Part shown: positions 60,274-62,237 of the stretch, one piece after another | How positions within the stretch are numbered: position 1 is the stretch's first letter | How the letters are laid out: every line of letters begins with the position of its first letter | From: Candidatus Kryptoniota bacterium | GTDB taxonomy: Bacteria > Bacteroidota > Ignavibacteria > Kryptoniales > JAKASW01 | DNA: 62,237 nucleotides | Reading direction: 5' to 3' | Assembly (NCBI GenBank): GCA_046706365.1 | Contig: JBJKPN010000188.1 | Location: 1 to 62,237 of the forward strand | Notes under the pieces: generated by a model | Told to the model about the DNA's origin: nothing | Database searches by the model: none | What the model saw: the letters and a program-made list of their open reading frames with translations, nothing else | Program-made: the position numbers and the translations under genes

Positions 60274-61962
60274 ATGGTCGGGACAAAAATAATCCGCGGG
60301 GCGAGTGAAGCACATCAATTCCAGCTCCTTATCAAGAATATCCTTGAGGCGGGTCTGCGCTATGAGCCTCAAAGGGAGATCGTCTACAGAGATCTGGTGC
60401 GCTACGACTATTTTACACTCAAGGACAGAATCAGCCGGCTCGCCAATGTTCTCAGCGGCCTGGGCGTTGGGCCGGGCGACACCGTCGCGGTACTCGACTG
60501 GGACAGCCACAGGTATCTTGAAGCCTATTTCGCGGTGCCTATGATGGGTGCCGTGATGCACACAGTGAACGTAAGGCTGTCTCCCGCACAGCTTCTTTAC
60601 ACGATGAAACATGCTGAAGACAAAGTCGTGCTCGTCAATTCGGAATTTCTTCCCTTGATCGACCGCATCTCCCCGGACCTCACCTCAGTCGAGCACTACA
60701 TCCTTCTCACCGACGAGGAGAAGCGGCAGGAAGCAAAAGTTAAATTTTCCGGCGAATACGAACAGCTCCTTGCACGCAGTGACCCGAATTATGATTTCCA
60801 AGAGTTCGATGAAAACAGCGTTGCAACAGTCTTTTATACGACCGGGACGACGGGTGAGCCGAAAGGCGTGTATTTCACACACCGTCAGCTCGTGCTTCAT
60901 ACGCTGTCGATAACCGCATCCGTCGGAGCATATCAATCGCAGGGAAGGTTCCGTTCCGATGATGTCTACATGCCGCTGACTCCCATGTTTCATGTTCATG
61001 CATGGGGACTGCCGTACATGGCAACCATGCTCGGGGTGAAACAAGTCTATCCGGGAAAGTACGAGCCTGCTATGCTCATGAAGCTCTTGGTCACAGAAGG
61101 CGTAACGCTCTCGCACTGCGTACCGACAATCCTCCACCTGCTCGTCACGAGCCCCGCCGCGAAGTCCGTTGACCTTTCCAAATGGAAGGTTATCATTGGC
61201 GGCTCGGCACTGCCAAACGGATTGGCTGAGGCAGCGCTCAAACTTGGAATAGATGTTTACTCCGGGTATGGCATGTCCGAGACCTGTCCGGTGTTGACGA
61301 TAACGTATCTTACCAAGGAAATGCTTGACAGTGACACAAGCTCACAGGTGAAGTACCGGGTCAAGACAGGAATTCCCGTGCCCTTCGTCGACCTGAAGAT
61401 AGTCGACGAAGCCGGGAAGGAGGTGGCCCACGATGGAAAGTCGGTAGGAGAAATAGTGGTCCGGGCACCTTGGCTCACACCCGGCTATTTTAAGGACGAC
61501 GAAATGAGCAGTGCGCTCTGGCGCAGCGGATGGTTACATACCGGGGACATGGCCAATATCGATGGGGCGGGCTATGTCGAGATCGTCGACCGGCTGAAGG
61601 ACATGATCAAAACCGGAGGGGAATGGGTCTCCTCGATAGAGATCGAGAGCCTGCTCAGCCGGCATGAAGCAGTTTCCGAAGTGGCTGTTGTCGGCGTCCC
61701 GAGCGAGCGGTGGGGTGAACGTCCGTACGGAATTGTCGTATTGAAACCCGACTTTGCCGGAAAGATCGACGGCGAAACACTCCGGGGTTTCCTGAAGAAG
61801 TTTGTCGACGAAGGCATGATGAACTCATGGAGTCTTCCGGACAGGATCCTGTTCGTCGACGCGATTCCGAAAACCAGCGTCGGCAAGATCGACAAGAAAC
61901 AAATAAGGGCAAGTCTGGCCTCCCACCTATCCGGTGAAAAATACACTGATGAAACTAAATGA
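60274..61962 (+). CDS. Fatty acid--CoA ligase (AlkK/DmdB-like)
   Basis: YTTGTTGEPKG, PMFHVHAWG, GYGMSET, GWLHTGD, IKTGGEW, PKTSVGK; AGGAGG SD. Confidence 0.92.
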   Translation: MVGTKIIRGASEAHQFQLLIKNILEAGLRYEPQREIVYRDLVRYDYFTLKDRISRLANVLSGLGVGPGDTVAVLDWDSHRYLEAYFAVPMMGAVMHTVNVRLSPAQLLYTMKHAEDKVVLVNSEFLPLIDRISPDLTSVEHYILLTDEEKRQEAKVKFSGEYEQLLARSDPNYDFQEFDENSVATVFYTTGTTGEPKGVYFTHRQLVLHTLSITASVGAYQSQGRFRSDDVYMPLTPMFHVHAWGLPYMATMLGVKQVYPGKYEPAMLMKLLVTEGVTLSHCVPTILHLLVTSPAAKSVDLSKWKVIIGGSALPNGLAEAALKLGIDVYSGYGMSETCPVLTITYLTKEMLDSDTSSQVKYRVKTGIPVPFVDLKIVDEAGKEVAHDGKSVGEIVVRAPWLTPGYFKDDEMSSALWRSGWLHTGDMANIDGAGYVEIVDRLKDMIKTGGEWVSSIEIESLLSRHEAVSEVAVVGVPSERWGERPYGIVVLKPDFAGKIDGETLRGFLKKFVDEGMMNSWSLPDRILFVDAIPKTSVGKIDKKQIRASLASHLSGEKYTDETK

Positions 61963-61976
61963 CGCGTGATAACGAT

Positions 61977-62237
61977 ATGAACCTATTCAGAGATGCATCC
62001 CTCGAATTCGTGAATCAGCTCAGCAGGAACACGATGGGAGAGCAAATTGGGATTGAAATTACGGAAATAGGGGCGGACTACCTGAAGGGAAGGATGCCGG
62101 TGGATAGGAGGACGATTCAGCCTTTCGGTATTCTTCACGGAGGCGCTTCAGCAGCCCTGGCCGAAACGCTGGGAAGCATTGCCGGAACGCTGGTGCTGGA
62201 CGCCGAAAGAGTATTTTGCGTCGGCCTGGAAATAAAT
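61977..62237 (+). CDS. Hotdog-fold thioesterase (PaaI/MenI-like), truncated by the window end
   Basis: Manual translation MNLFRDASLEFVNQLSRNTMGEQIGIEITEIG...MPVDRRTIQPFGILHGGASAALAETLGS. Confidence 0.85.
   Translation, partial: MNLFRDASLEFVNQLSRNTMGEQIGIEITEIGADYLKGRMPVDRRTIQPFGILHGGASAALAETLGSIAGTLVLDAERVFCVGLEIN

Noticed and set aside
1-62237. CRISPR arrays, tRNAs, rRNAs, IS elements
   Set aside because: No regularly spaced repeats, cloverleafs or transposase ORFs seen by eye; a dedicated scan was not possible

Overview
A dense, housekeeping-rich bacterial chromosome segment with about 57 protein genes. I see no prophage, CRISPR array, rRNA, tRNA or intact mobile element. The RNase P RNA style and gene set suggest an Ignavibacteria/Kryptonia-like FCB-group organism; this is inference only. 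Contents: Arg/Thr biosynthesis (argB, argC, lysC, thrC), leuS-GT2-MsbA, a pdxJ/rlmB/lgt/PTS-IIA cluster, pyrR-pyrB-pyrC with a PyrR-binding leader, aat, Nif3-zinc ribbon-rnpB, recJ-yebC-ruvC-ruvA, alr-manC-rlpA, an AmmeMemoRadiSam trio, mnmA, pyrK-pyrD, folC, rho, a thiolase/hbd/acyl-CoA dehydrogenase cluster, a GH20 hydrolase and an acyl-CoA ligase. Five oddities stand out. (1) A full-length tyrosine-recombinase-fold gene has lost five of six catalytic residues, yet heads the leuS operon and is translationally coupled to it. (2) Two intergenic regions (upstream of folC and of the acyl-CoA ligase) share three collinear motifs, and one folds into a closed 162-nt structure. (3) A promoter, 24-codon ORF and strong terminator sit in front of Nif3. 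(4) The 455-nt RNase P RNA has extra helices. (5) A large TPR lipoprotein gene is broken by one in-frame TAA. All alignments and folds were done by eye.
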